Origin: Bacteroidales bacterium UBA3843
GTDB taxonomy: Bacteria > Bacteroidota > Bacteroidia > Bacteroidales > Paludibacteraceae
NCBI GenBank assembly: GCA_002392745.1
Contig: DGHR01000003.1
Coordinates: forward strand, 65,154-129,153
Length of the DNA: 64,000 nucleotides
Direction of reading: 5' to 3'
The position numbers and the translations under genes were made by a program. The notes under the pieces are model-generated. The model was given only the letters and a program-made list of their open reading frames with translations. It searched no databases and had not been told where the DNA came from. This document shows, one piece after another, positions 36,562 to 46,623 of the stretch (positions within the stretch are counted from its first letter, which is position 1; each line of letters begins with the position of its first letter).

Positions 36562-39500
36562 ATGAATATTGTCTGTTTAAAAAATCTTTGTAAGGTACGT
36601 GTTCTGTTGCTGATTTCGGTAGTATTTGTTACGCTGGGAATGTATGGAGCCGTGTACGATTTTACACCGACGGATGGTGGTCTGGTAGTCAATCTCAAAC
36701 AGGGTGACCGGATTTTGTTGTCCACATGGGTGGACGTAAACGGTAACGGTGTAGAGGATGACGGTGAGGAGTATTTCGTGTGCCATTACCCGGGTCATAC
36801 GGGTGGCTATTTTAATTACACGAACTGGGATGGAAACAAAGGAAACTTTCTTAAGTTGATTCCTCAAGATGCCGCGGCAACGGAACCCTCTTCTCCTTCT
36901 ATCTGGACTATTGACGACCCCGTGCCGTTCCTTAACAGTGGTCAAACTTACCCGTTGGATGGTATCGCCTATACGATGTGGAGTACCAACCCGGGAGGCG
37001 ATTCCTATACGCTACTCACGTCTTCCGGTAATGCCTATAAGTACCAAGGCGATTTGACCAGAGAGGCAAACAATGCCAACATCTGTAACGCCATCTTTGT
37101 TGTGCCGACGAACCGCTCAACCGTAACCACGTTTGACCCGAACAGAAGATTAACAACCCTGGAAGGCAGAACGGATCAAGATGCCCAAGGTCGATTCAAT
37201 GGAGAGAAGGGTTATGGTTTCTTAGGTCTGCCTTATCGTGAAGTGTATTGGCTGGATATCCCGCGAGGCAACGGCCCTTATTCTTACATCAATGCTTCGC
37301 TGGTCGGTTTCAATAAAACGCTTAGTGAAATAACCTATAGTAACGGTGATGGAAAAGCAAAGCCAGGTCAGGCATTGTATGCTTTTGGTAATAAAGACAA
37401 ACACCATAACACCCCGCGTACCATCTTCCGCCTCTATGTGCTGAATGATCCGTTGACTTCTACTTGCGCGGATTCGTATTTCTTTGCCTACGACGAGCAG
37501 GATTATAAGCAATACAATAAAAACTTTGCTGTAACGCCCGCTACGTACACCACTAAGAAGAAGACCTATACCATCGACCGTCTGGTGTGCATGGAGCGTC
37601 TTGGGGATACCAAGTACTATGTATCCGATTGGATGAATGTGCCGACACCCGATAGTACCTATTACTATGTGGGTTATAAGAATCTGTATTGCCACCAAGG
37701 TCACTCTCCCGAAGAAACATTTAATTCGCAGTTTAAGCAAATCGACACCTTGAAGATTCACTATTTAGGTCTTAAGGCGCCACGAGGAGCTTACGGCCAG
37801 ATGATTGTGGATACGACGCAAACGGGCAAACAGAACCTTGGCGTGGAGTTCCAACCGGGAGGATATTTCCTGCAGACCAATACCGGCCGTAATATCCAGT
37901 TGACACCCAATGCGGATGGTACGGTTTGGACCTGTGAAGAGATGTGGCATATTACAGACGCATATGCAGCCCTGACTATCAAAGCCACGATGTTCACCGG
38001 CTCCGAATATAGCGCTACCGATCCGGGAGCGGATATTGATGGTTGGAGTGTTCCTATGGTGGGAACCTCTGTGCCCTTATCCGATGGTAGCGGTTATGTG
38101 ACTGGAGGAATGAACGGCTGGGCACGTATCCACATTGACAACGACGCTCCGAACGGCGCTATCGAGTTCGTGCCTGCGAACCCGGATCGGCATATTCATT
38201 ATAATAACAACGGCTGCGAAGGCGATACTATCGCAGACCAATACCCGATGTACGGCGAGAATTCTGTCACCATCCGCGAAGCGCGTCTGGTGAAAGGATT
38301 TGATTTCATCGGCTGGACAACGAATGCCGATGGTACGGGAACCCTGTATCGTCCGGGTGATGTATTCAACCTGCCGGCAGGAACCACCACGCTTTATGCA
38401 AAAGCTACGTATACCGGTACGATTCACGTGGCGCTCTCGTTCAAGAAAGACGACGGAAAGCGTTATTTCCTTACTCATCCGGGAACGGCAGCCCCGCGTT
38501 TCTCCCGTGCACGGAGCATCGCCGAATGGACGGATGCGTACCAAGGTATGGCGAATGCCGAAAACGTGGATAACCGCTATATCAACACATACAAAGTGCT
38601 TACCCATCCCAGTCCTTGTGCGGAGTGTGCGTTCGATGAGGTCGTTCTTGACCCTCGTCGAGAGATGCGTTATGGCGCCGTGGATTCGTTGCTGTTCTAT
38701 GAGAACTTTGCTCCGGATAACGAGGAGTACATCGGTTTGTACTATACCGACCCGAATGTCATTCTTGCTAACACTACGTGGGCGGGTTTGTTCAAATCGA
38801 CAGCCACAGGCGGCCGGAACGGATGGCCCGATTATACGGTCGCCGATGTCAAAAACGCCAAAATATATTCCACCCACTATCTGCATAGAAATGGAGGAGG
38901 TGACATTGAACGTGTTGCGCGTTCCAACAGCGATGTGCCCTACGTGAAATATAACACGACTGATAATCAGTTTGATGGAGAAGCATCCGAGGCTAATGCC
39001 ACCGTTTTCCAGATTTCCCGTGTTCGCGTGGCGGATGAGCATTATGTCGTGATCCCGGATACCACTACGGCGTGGACCGATGAGATCGTTTTCGGTATTC
39101 ACCAGGACGAAAATATAGAGCAGCCGGTATGGTCCAAACTCATTGGCAAACAACTGATGGCGGTGATGAAATTGGATGACGACACCGTCTATTTCCACCC
39201 GAATCCGAATAAGATCATTACCGAATATCAGCAGATGCGCCTCAACCCCAACTACCGTTTGGAGGAGAGTTTTGAGTATATCCGTGATTCGCGCGTAGAG
39301 GCAGCAGGTTCCGTTGATGACGAGGACAAACCCCACATGAACGACCGATTGGAGAAGAATTACTTCGGGCGCCTCATCACCAGCGGACGGAATACCCCAA
39401 TGGATGTGATCTATGAGGGCGAGTATATCGATATCGTAGATACCATACGTATCACTCTCAGAACCCTTGGACCGGTAAAAATCAAGGGGTACTACGGTCG

Positions 39501-42500
39501 ATGGAAAGAAGGCGCGCCGGGCCTGCATATCCGTCCCGACGGCTCGCGCTACCGCGATATTATCGTGCGTACCAAGACGGTTCACTATGGCGCCGTGCAG
39601 ACAAAACTGGAGATTACACCCGAATATCCGGTATATAACTTCAACCCGCTGGCGGGAGACAGCAAACGGCTGACCTTTACCATGGCGAAAGTAAACTCGC
39701 ATCAATTGCTCGATACCGACGGTAACGTGCTGGGAGAGGAAATCATCTCCTCGGTGGATGCGACCTCTTTGCTCCACTTGACCTCATCGCAATGCTCTTT
39801 CAAAAGCGGAGGCGCGTACTTCAATATCAATGCGGCAGCGACGCTGGATGACCATATCACCCTCGTCACGAAGGCGGACAACAGCTCCGGCGTGAACTAC
39901 GATACGCTCCTTATCAACTCTACCGCTACGGTAGGAGAAGTAAGTTATCCGGTGACGGGACGCGTGCCGTTGATGCAATCCGCTCTGGCGGACGCGGAAC
40001 TGATATGGTCTGCCGTGGCGGGAGGCAACCGCTATTTCATCATGGCGGGCGAAGATGGATTGGGAAATAAATCCCTCATCTTCCGCCAGTTCGAGCTCAA
40101 AAGCAATACGCTCTACAAGAAAGAGGACGGTAAGACCCAACTCGTCAAAGGATCTGCCAATGCGGCGAACAGCGACACCAAGTATATCACGCCATGGAGA
40201 TATACCTATGTCAATCAGGCGGCGCAGCAGCTTCACCTCCAGACGGAGTATGACGTGAATCTGGATTTCATCATTAATGGTTCGTCGCTTCCCAACGTAG
40301 CGACTACAGGTACCGGTACAGGTCCGGTTACCTTGACATACGAATATGTCAATACCTATGTCAATGATAATGCGAACTTCGAGGAACAGGTAAAACTCAA
40401 ATACGGAACGGATCGTTGGTTGCGGCTCATTGTGACAGAAGGAGTACCATCACTCACGTTGACAACTAACGAAGAAGAAGCAACGGTTTTCTCCTGGGCG
40501 TATCTGCAACAGGAGTATAACCTCCTCAATAACGGCGCTTATCCAAATAAAGACTATCTGGAGTTCGGCTATAACAGTACCGGTTCCAATGCCTCTGTTC
40601 AAACGAGGTATAAAGGATACCGCATCTACTCGATGCTGCTCAATAATACGCTGACCTATTGCGGCCGCGAGGATGAAAACGATATCGCAGACCTCATCTC
40701 TGACGGCAATGACTGGAAGACGGCTTATGCGATCGATATCATACGCGATAGCCGCTTTGCTTCCGGACTCAGCGGTCTGACCAAGACTACCAACGAAGGT
40801 ACGCTCACCACCACCGTCACCCCTTCCGGAGACAATCCGATGGACGTGACGTACGGCGGCAAATATGTGAATATCGTCGATACCCTCGATGTGCAGATCT
40901 CGCTCCAAACCGGTGCTCCGAACTATCGATTCAAAGATGCATGGAAAGACTTCACCTCTGTGGACGACGCGCATCTGAAGATTCCGCTGATTCGCCGAAC
41001 CTTCCATACCGCACCATATGACTCGCTCATATGTACCGTGGAGAGCGATGAATACTACTATGTCTTCCCACCGGAAGTGACGACGGGCGTGAATGATACC
41101 CATACCTTCACTCTCCATACCGACCATCGTTTCGGCACCAATACCCTGAATACAGAGAATCAGGTAGTATCCTATACCGGAGAAAGTGATGACCATACCT
41201 CCGACATGCACCTCAACAACCCTGCGTATGCGGAGATTCGTCTGCAGGATGAGTATGGTAATACCCCTGACTGGTGCGAGATTAGCAGTATAGGCGAACA
41301 TTCCATCACCGTGCGTTGCAAAGGCAATGGTATCCGTGCACCGCGTTCGGCGAACCTGTATCTGGCTTATACGATGCAGGTGAGTACCAAGTGGCGGTAT
41401 ATCAACTTCCGCCTCCAGGTGATGCAATCCAGCCGATTCCAGTATGCAGGAAACCAAAACCTCGTGCACTCTAAAGGCGCATCCGGCGATGACCTGAAAG
41501 ATGGTGTACAGCAGGTACATGAGAATAGAAATATCCTCTATTACTATAACCCCTCCAACACTGCGCAGTCGACCGACCAGCGTGTCGAACTCCCTGTCCG
41601 TGAGCGTAACTTCTACGGGTGGTGGCGCTGGTATTCGCTCCAGCCGGGTGAGGAGGATACGGATATTCCGGCAGCGAGATGGCAGACACCTCCATCCAAT
41701 ACCGGTAAATGGAATTTCTCGTTCCGTGTCATCGGAGACTCGGTGGATGATGGCGCAGGAGGTAAGAAACTCGTTACCCAAGGACGCTATACCGTCTTCC
41801 ACTATCCTTCGCAGGATTATAACGCCCGTAAGGATCCTCCGTCCAAAGCGCCGATGCTCTATCCGCCGCAAAACAAAGCGGTTGAGACCTACGCAGTGGA
41901 CCTCAGCGTTTATTACGACAACCTGCCGTTGTCCATGAAGAATGTCAACCAGGTGGATACAGCGAAATTGGATACGATGACCAATATCATCGAGCCGACC
42001 CTCTCGCTGCGCGAGATATACGAACTCCACCCGTGGACCGAGATGGCGGACACCTTGGATCATTATCGATATGCGTTGGATGCTCCCTATGCCGGCCAGA
42101 AATATCTGGAAGACCACGTGGTGCGTGCGCCGATGGGGAACCGTCTGCTCCTCAAGACCGAACAGCGCTATAGCTACAATAATATCAAGAAAGGCAACCA
42201 TTCCGAGTCGCTCCTGGGTTATTACATGCACGATGATAACTGGTCTACCTTCGATGCTACGGCGAAAGATACGATGATATGGTGCGGCGGATGGGATGTT
42301 ACCTGTGGATGGTACACCTACAACACCCGAACGGGGACCTATGATACCTGTCGCTATACCGTCACGGAGGCAAATGACTTCCTGCAGGTACCGAAGAAAG
42401 GAAGTATCACTTCCCCATCGGGAGTTGATACCGTTATATACTGCCTCCGCGCACGAAGCGTCAAATCTACCAACGTAGGTACGGAGGATGAAAAAAATGC

Positions 42501-45500
42501 TGCTGGAGATTATTGGTTCAATATATGCCGTTACAAGGTGCTTTACCATCGTGAGGCCATGTTTGGACCGAAACTGGAGAATGCCGGCAGTGCCATCATC
42601 ACCAATGATGATATAGAGCAGCATTTCGAGGTACTCGAGCGCCTCAACTTTGACTACAACAAACCCGGAACGGACTATACCGTCTATCCGCACCCGCTGC
42701 CGTGGGCGGACGCTTCTTACGGTTTCGCATACCCGAGAACGGCCGACCTGCCCGATAACCGTCCGCATAATAAGAACGGCTTGACGAACCTGGCGAACAT
42801 GGGTGAGTATAACCTGATTAACAGGATTCCATCATTCGGATCATACTGGTATAAGATGGAGCAGCACGGCGGTGCCGCGAACGGATATATGATCTTCTGC
42901 GACGGTATGTCCTCCGCCGGTCAGGTAGCTGCCCTCTCGTTAGAGTCGCATCTATGTGAGGGACAGAAACTCTACTTCTCCGCCTTCGTGGGTAATCCCA
43001 ATAACGAGACGGGTAATAAGTCCTGTCCGAACTTCCTCTTCTCCGTACAAGGTAAGGAGGACGAGGTAGATGCCGAATGGGAAGATATCACCTCGTATCT
43101 GACCGGAGATTTGGCGAAATCCGACAAGTGGTATCAGATATACTTCCCGATAGAGCAAGATAAGGAATATGCGCACTTCCGTGTACGAGTATATAACATG
43201 GCAGCGGATGATAACGGTAATGACTTTATCATCGATGATATGTGTATCTTCGCTACCAAACCGCCGTTGATGGTTTATCAGGCGAACACTACCTGTAAAA
43301 ACGAGAACGAAAGCGACTCCCTTACCCATATCGTGCTTCGTGTGGATTACCAGGGCTTCACCGATGAGATCTATGCTGTGGGTAGTGAGTTCTATACTGT
43401 TCAGGAGATCACCAAAACCAACGACTCCACGTTCCTGAAACTGGAGGACGGCTATTACAATGAGGCTAAAAAGCCTGCTATCCCGCCGGCTACGAAGGAT
43501 ACGATCTATGGTGAGATTGGCTTGCCGAACCGTCATTACCAGCCGGAAGATGTAGACTCGATCTTCCCGAACCTGCAGGGTTTGATTGCCAAGTTTGAAG
43601 AGACGCTCGAAGCGCACGCTTTAGACCCGGCTGTAGACGTCTTCCGCAAGGGATACGTATTCGAGCACCTTGATGACTCAATCCGTCCGGTACTATACGT
43701 CGTCCATTCGGCGAAGATGTCCGCGGATAACACCTATGTAGTCCATATGGCGGGCCAGTATAGTGAACTGATGTCCAGCAAATGCGCGCTGACACGTTCG
43801 CTGAGAGTACGAAACCGTATGATCCTGACGCTCAACGGAGAAGAACAAGCGGAGAAGGTGGTCGAGGGCATGTGCTCCAATACCACCTATGATGTCTCAT
43901 TGCATGTCAAAGGAACCCTCTTGCTCAATAATACCGCGCCGATTGAGGTTACCGGTTCGTGCTACAACGACTGGCTCCTCCACGGCGATACAGCGAGAGT
44001 TAGTAGCAAGTCACGCTATGGCTACTACTACAAAGATATTGAGAAAGTAATCAAGGATATTCTACGTGCCGATCCGTCACAAGGTACCGGTATAGAACCG
44101 AATCCTAATTATTTGGCCCATTCCCTCGCGGAGGTCGATAGAGCAGCGATGAAGCGCGTACAGACGAATAATGGTGTGACCCTCTCCGAGGATGTACATC
44201 CGTACGATATCCTTGCCCATCTGGTGAATAACGGATTCCTTAAGCTCTATCAGGCTAACCTGACGGTTCTTACTCCGGTGAGTGAAGAGGTTAAATATAC
44301 TATCTTCCCGATTCCGGGTACGGGATCCGAGGTGATGCAAGATTTGAATATCGATGTATGTCCTACACCGGTACATATATCGCTTCAGTCCTCTCTGGGT
44401 GAAGGCGCGCCGCTGATTATCGGTGGTCTGAACCGCTCGGAGGAAGATTCGCAATACCCGATTACCGTATTGGCGGATGTCACGCAGGCCAATTCCGATA
44501 TCAGCATTCCGATTGACTCGCTGATGATGTTCCCCGGCACGGAAGGACCAAGAGTGGCATTGAAGCAAATCACGTTACTATCGACCAACGATCCGGAATA
44601 CCGCGAGGGCGTACATACTATCGCGCTTGAGCCGGATAAAACATGGAACCTGGAAGGCGATAATACGGGCTACTACAAGAATGGTAATGATACTCTCCAT
44701 CTTGTGAACTCTATTTCTACCAACTATCTCATGCGCGGCGGATACAACTATACCTTCGGTATCGAGATGATGACCAATACCGGTGCCGAGAGTTGGGGTG
44801 GCGTCGGAGATTGCTCGGTAGGTACGATTCCGTTCACCCTCAGCGTAGTGCCGGATTACCTGCGTTGGGATCCGCAGACCTCGGATAACAGATGGAATAA
44901 TCCTGATAACTGGATCGGTATTACGGCCAATAACACGCCTATTCATGCGGATGCGCATTTCGCTCCGCAATCATCCAGCTATGTGATCATTCCGCCGATG
45001 ACGGATGGCAAACCCTATCCGGTATTGGTAGATCCCGCTGCTATCCCGTCCGAGGATTCGATTCAGCAAGTTGGATTCCAATATAACGCCTGCCATTCGA
45101 TTCGCTTCCTGCCGGGTGCTGCGATGAGTCAGCAACAGCGTCTGATATATGACAGCGTGATTGCAGATCTGAGTATGCCGCAAGAGAAATGGGCACTGCG
45201 CACCTCGCCGGTAGAGGGCCTTCTTTCCGGAGATATCTTCATGGCGAATGCGGACCTGATGCATGAAACATCTACGTGGGAAGTAGGAGAATTCGATGCA
45301 TCCGGACGTAGCGCCACCTATGGAAACGCCTCCTTCTGGCTCTCCGTTTATAGCCGCGAGGTGGTTCAGAAAGGAAACGGCGACAACGTGAAGGATTCGG
45401 TCTATACCGCCGAAGCCGATTGGTCGAAGGTCACCAATGCGATGACCCTCCCGCTTCCGGCAGCACAAGGATGGGCAATCTATTCGCGTACAAAATCCGG

Positions 45501-46617
45501 CAACCAGGCGGAAGTCAGATTGCCGAAGCACGACAATATATACTATTACTATAACCGATCCGGCAATAAACTCTGGGATTCCTATGAGTCGGGCCTCAGC
45601 GCGAAACGTGCTGAAAATGCAAGTTCTGCCGATAAGGTGGGCAAACTGGCCTTCAGTCCGGGTAAAGATGCCACATCGCAGGCATACAACCTGACCAATG
45701 AAGCAGCCTCCACCTCCTTCGTATTCGGTAACCCCACCATGGGATATATCGATATCTGGGGCTTTATCGCCGATAATGAACTGAACGGAGAGTTCGGGTA
45801 TATCAACGCCGCAGGCGCTTATACGACGATATCCAGAGACGCAGCGCTGGCCACGACCAACGAACTGACCAACCTGGAACGCTACCTCCCGCCGATGCAC
45901 GCAATGGTGGTTTCCACCGCTTCTGCATTGACAGAGAAAGCGGTAGTAGTAAAGACCAGCCGCATTGTTACCTCGCCCGTTGTGCCGGCTCCGTCTCCTA
46001 CACCTGCGCACCTCAAATCGGCGCTCAGCAAGGGAATCATGACCGTCACGGCTACTAACCCCGTCTCGCCACGTTGTATCTCGCGTCTGCTTATCGGACA
46101 GGGATACCATGCCGAGGTAATAGAGGGAGAGGACGCGCTGTTGACCACTATCAATATCGACAATTATTCCAACACCTCTGCGCCTGCCACACCGTTTAAT
46201 ATCTATGCCGTCGAGGGCAATAATGGTCTGAGTATCAACCTCAGAAACGAGGTTCTCAATGTGCCGCTGTCGTTCTATATGAGCCCGCTGCCCTATGACC
46301 CTGTCACCAACCTCTGGTTCACCGGCGTCAACGCTATTGACGGCGAACTTGTCCTGTATGACGCCCTTACTGATTCCGAGCGTTCCATTCTCGATGGTAT
46401 ATGCCTCACCATAGAGACTCCGGAAGCGAACCATGAGACCCGCTATTATATCCGACGAAGAGGATTCAGACCCGGCGGACAGGATGATCCGATAGCCACC
46501 GGTATAGGTACTTCTTCGGACGAAGAGGCAAGAGCTCAGAAAATATTGAAAAACGGACATGTACTCATCCTCAGGAACGGACATACATTCACAGTTTTTG
46601 GACAAAAAATACAATGA
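36562..46617 (+). CDS. giant (3,351-aa) secreted/cell-surface protein of unknown function with a T9SS-like C-terminal tail
   Basis: Uninterrupted 10,056-nt ORF with an N-terminal hydrophobic segment (VRVLLLISVVFVTLGMYGAVY). It has a Listeria-Bacteroides-type repeat at aa 576-617 (nt 38287-38412) and a BACON-like segment (PDWCEISSIGEHSITVRCKGNGIRAPRSANLYL). It also carries GNDFIIDDMCIF at aa ~2219 and the C-terminal tail KILKNGHVLILRNGHTFTVFGQKIQ. Confidence 0.9.
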   Translation: MNIVCLKNLCKVRVLLLISVVFVTLGMYGAVYDFTPTDGGLVVNLKQGDRILLSTWVDVNGNGVEDDGEEYFVCHYPGHTGGYFNYTNWDGNKGNFLKLIPQDAAATEPSSPSIWTIDDPVPFLNSGQTYPLDGIAYTMWSTNPGGDSYTLLTSSGNAYKYQGDLTREANNANICNAIFVVPTNRSTVTTFDPNRRLTTLEGRTDQDAQGRFNGEKGYGFLGLPYREVYWLDIPRGNGPYSYINASLVGFNKTLSEITYSNGDGKAKPGQALYAFGNKDKHHNTPRTIFRLYVLNDPLTSTCADSYFFAYDEQDYKQYNKNFAVTPATYTTKKKTYTIDRLVCMERLGDTKYYVSDWMNVPTPDSTYYYVGYKNLYCHQGHSPEETFNSQFKQIDTLKIHYLGLKAPRGAYGQMIVDTTQTGKQNLGVEFQPGGYFLQTNTGRNIQLTPNADGTVWTCEEMWHITDAYAALTIKATMFTGSEYSATDPGADIDGWSVPMVGTSVPLSDGSGYVTGGMNGWARIHIDNDAPNGAIEFVPANPDRHIHYNNNGCEGDTIADQYPMYGENSVTIREARLVKGFDFIGWTTNADGTGTLYRPGDVFNLPAGTTTLYAKATYTGTIHVALSFKKDDGKRYFLTHPGTAAPRFSRARSIAEWTDAYQGMANAENVDNRYINTYKVLTHPSPCAECAFDEVVLDPRREMRYGAVDSLLFYENFAPDNEEYIGLYYTDPNVILANTTWAGLFKSTATGGRNGWPDYTVADVKNAKIYSTHYLHRNGGGDIERVARSNSDVPYVKYNTTDNQFDGEASEANATVFQISRVRVADEHYVVIPDTTTAWTDEIVFGIHQDENIEQPVWSKLIGKQLMAVMKLDDDTVYFHPNPNKIITEYQQMRLNPNYRLEESFEYIRDSRVEAAGSVDDEDKPHMNDRLEKNYFGRLITSGRNTPMDVIYEGEYIDIVDTIRITLRTLGPVKIKGYYGRWKEGAPGLHIRPDGSRYRDIIVRTKTVHYGAVQTKLEITPEYPVYNFNPLAGDSKRLTFTMAKVNSHQLLDTDGNVLGEEIISSVDATSLLHLTSSQCSFKSGGAYFNINAAATLDDHITLVTKADNSSGVNYDTLLINSTATVGEVSYPVTGRVPLMQSALADAELIWSAVAGGNRYFIMAGEDGLGNKSLIFRQFELKSNTLYKKEDGKTQLVKGSANAANSDTKYITPWRYTYVNQAAQQLHLQTEYDVNLDFIINGSSLPNVATTGTGTGPVTLTYEYVNTYVNDNANFEEQVKLKYGTDRWLRLIVTEGVPSLTLTTNEEEATVFSWAYLQQEYNLLNNGAYPNKDYLEFGYNSTGSNASVQTRYKGYRIYSMLLNNTLTYCGREDENDIADLISDGNDWKTAYAIDIIRDSRFASGLSGLTKTTNEGTLTTTVTPSGDNPMDVTYGGKYVNIVDTLDVQISLQTGAPNYRFKDAWKDFTSVDDAHLKIPLIRRTFHTAPYDSLICTVESDEYYYVFPPEVTTGVNDTHTFTLHTDHRFGTNTLNTENQVVSYTGESDDHTSDMHLNNPAYAEIRLQDEYGNTPDWCEISSIGEHSITVRCKGNGIRAPRSANLYLAYTMQVSTKWRYINFRLQVMQSSRFQYAGNQNLVHSKGASGDDLKDGVQQVHENRNILYYYNPSNTAQSTDQRVELPVRERNFYGWWRWYSLQPGEEDTDIPAARWQTPPSNTGKWNFSFRVIGDSVDDGAGGKKLVTQGRYTVFHYPSQDYNARKDPPSKAPMLYPPQNKAVETYAVDLSVYYDNLPLSMKNVNQVDTAKLDTMTNIIEPTLSLREIYELHPWTEMADTLDHYRYALDAPYAGQKYLEDHVVRAPMGNRLLLKTEQRYSYNNIKKGNHSESLLGYYMHDDNWSTFDATAKDTMIWCGGWDVTCGWYTYNTRTGTYDTCRYTVTEANDFLQVPKKGSITSPSGVDTVIYCLRARSVKSTNVGTEDEKNAAGDYWFNICRYKVLYHREAMFGPKLENAGSAIITNDDIEQHFEVLERLNFDYNKPGTDYTVYPHPLPWADASYGFAYPRTADLPDNRPHNKNGLTNLANMGEYNLINRIPSFGSYWYKMEQHGGAANGYMIFCDGMSSAGQVAALSLESHLCEGQKLYFSAFVGNPNNETGNKSCPNFLFSVQGKEDEVDAEWEDITSYLTGDLAKSDKWYQIYFPIEQDKEYAHFRVRVYNMAADDNGNDFIIDDMCIFATKPPLMVYQANTTCKNENESDSLTHIVLRVDYQGFTDEIYAVGSEFYTVQEITKTNDSTFLKLEDGYYNEAKKPAIPPATKDTIYGEIGLPNRHYQPEDVDSIFPNLQGLIAKFEETLEAHALDPAVDVFRKGYVFEHLDDSIRPVLYVVHSAKMSADNTYVVHMAGQYSELMSSKCALTRSLRVRNRMILTLNGEEQAEKVVEGMCSNTTYDVSLHVKGTLLLNNTAPIEVTGSCYNDWLLHGDTARVSSKSRYGYYYKDIEKVIKDILRADPSQGTGIEPNPNYLAHSLAEVDRAAMKRVQTNNGVTLSEDVHPYDILAHLVNNGFLKLYQANLTVLTPVSEEVKYTIFPIPGTGSEVMQDLNIDVCPTPVHISLQSSLGEGAPLIIGGLNRSEEDSQYPITVLADVTQANSDISIPIDSLMMFPGTEGPRVALKQITLLSTNDPEYREGVHTIALEPDKTWNLEGDNTGYYKNGNDTLHLVNSISTNYLMRGGYNYTFGIEMMTNTGAESWGGVGDCSVGTIPFTLSVVPDYLRWDPQTSDNRWNNPDNWIGITANNTPIHADAHFAPQSSSYVIIPPMTDGKPYPVLVDPAAIPSEDSIQQVGFQYNACHSIRFLPGAAMSQQQRLIYDSVIADLSMPQEKWALRTSPVEGLLSGDIFMANADLMHETSTWEVGEFDASGRSATYGNASFWLSVYSREVVQKGNGDNVKDSVYTAEADWSKVTNAMTLPLPAAQGWAIYSRTKSGNQAEVRLPKHDNIYYYYNRSGNKLWDSYESGLSAKRAENASSADKVGKLAFSPGKDATSQAYNLTNEAASTSFVFGNPTMGYIDIWGFIADNELNGEFGYINAAGAYTTISRDAALATTNELTNLERYLPPMHAMVVSTASALTEKAVVVKTSRIVTSPVVPAPSPTPAHLKSALSKGIMTVTATNPVSPRCISRLLIGQGYHAEVIEGEDALLTTINIDNYSNTSAPATPFNIYAVEGNNGLSINLRNEVLNVPLSFYMSPLPYDPVTNLWFTGVNAIDGELVLYDALTDSERSILDGICLTIETPEANHETRYYIRRRGFRPGGQDDPIATGIGTSSDEEARAQKILKNGHVLILRNGHTFTVFGQKIQ

Positions 46618-46623
46618 TTGCAT

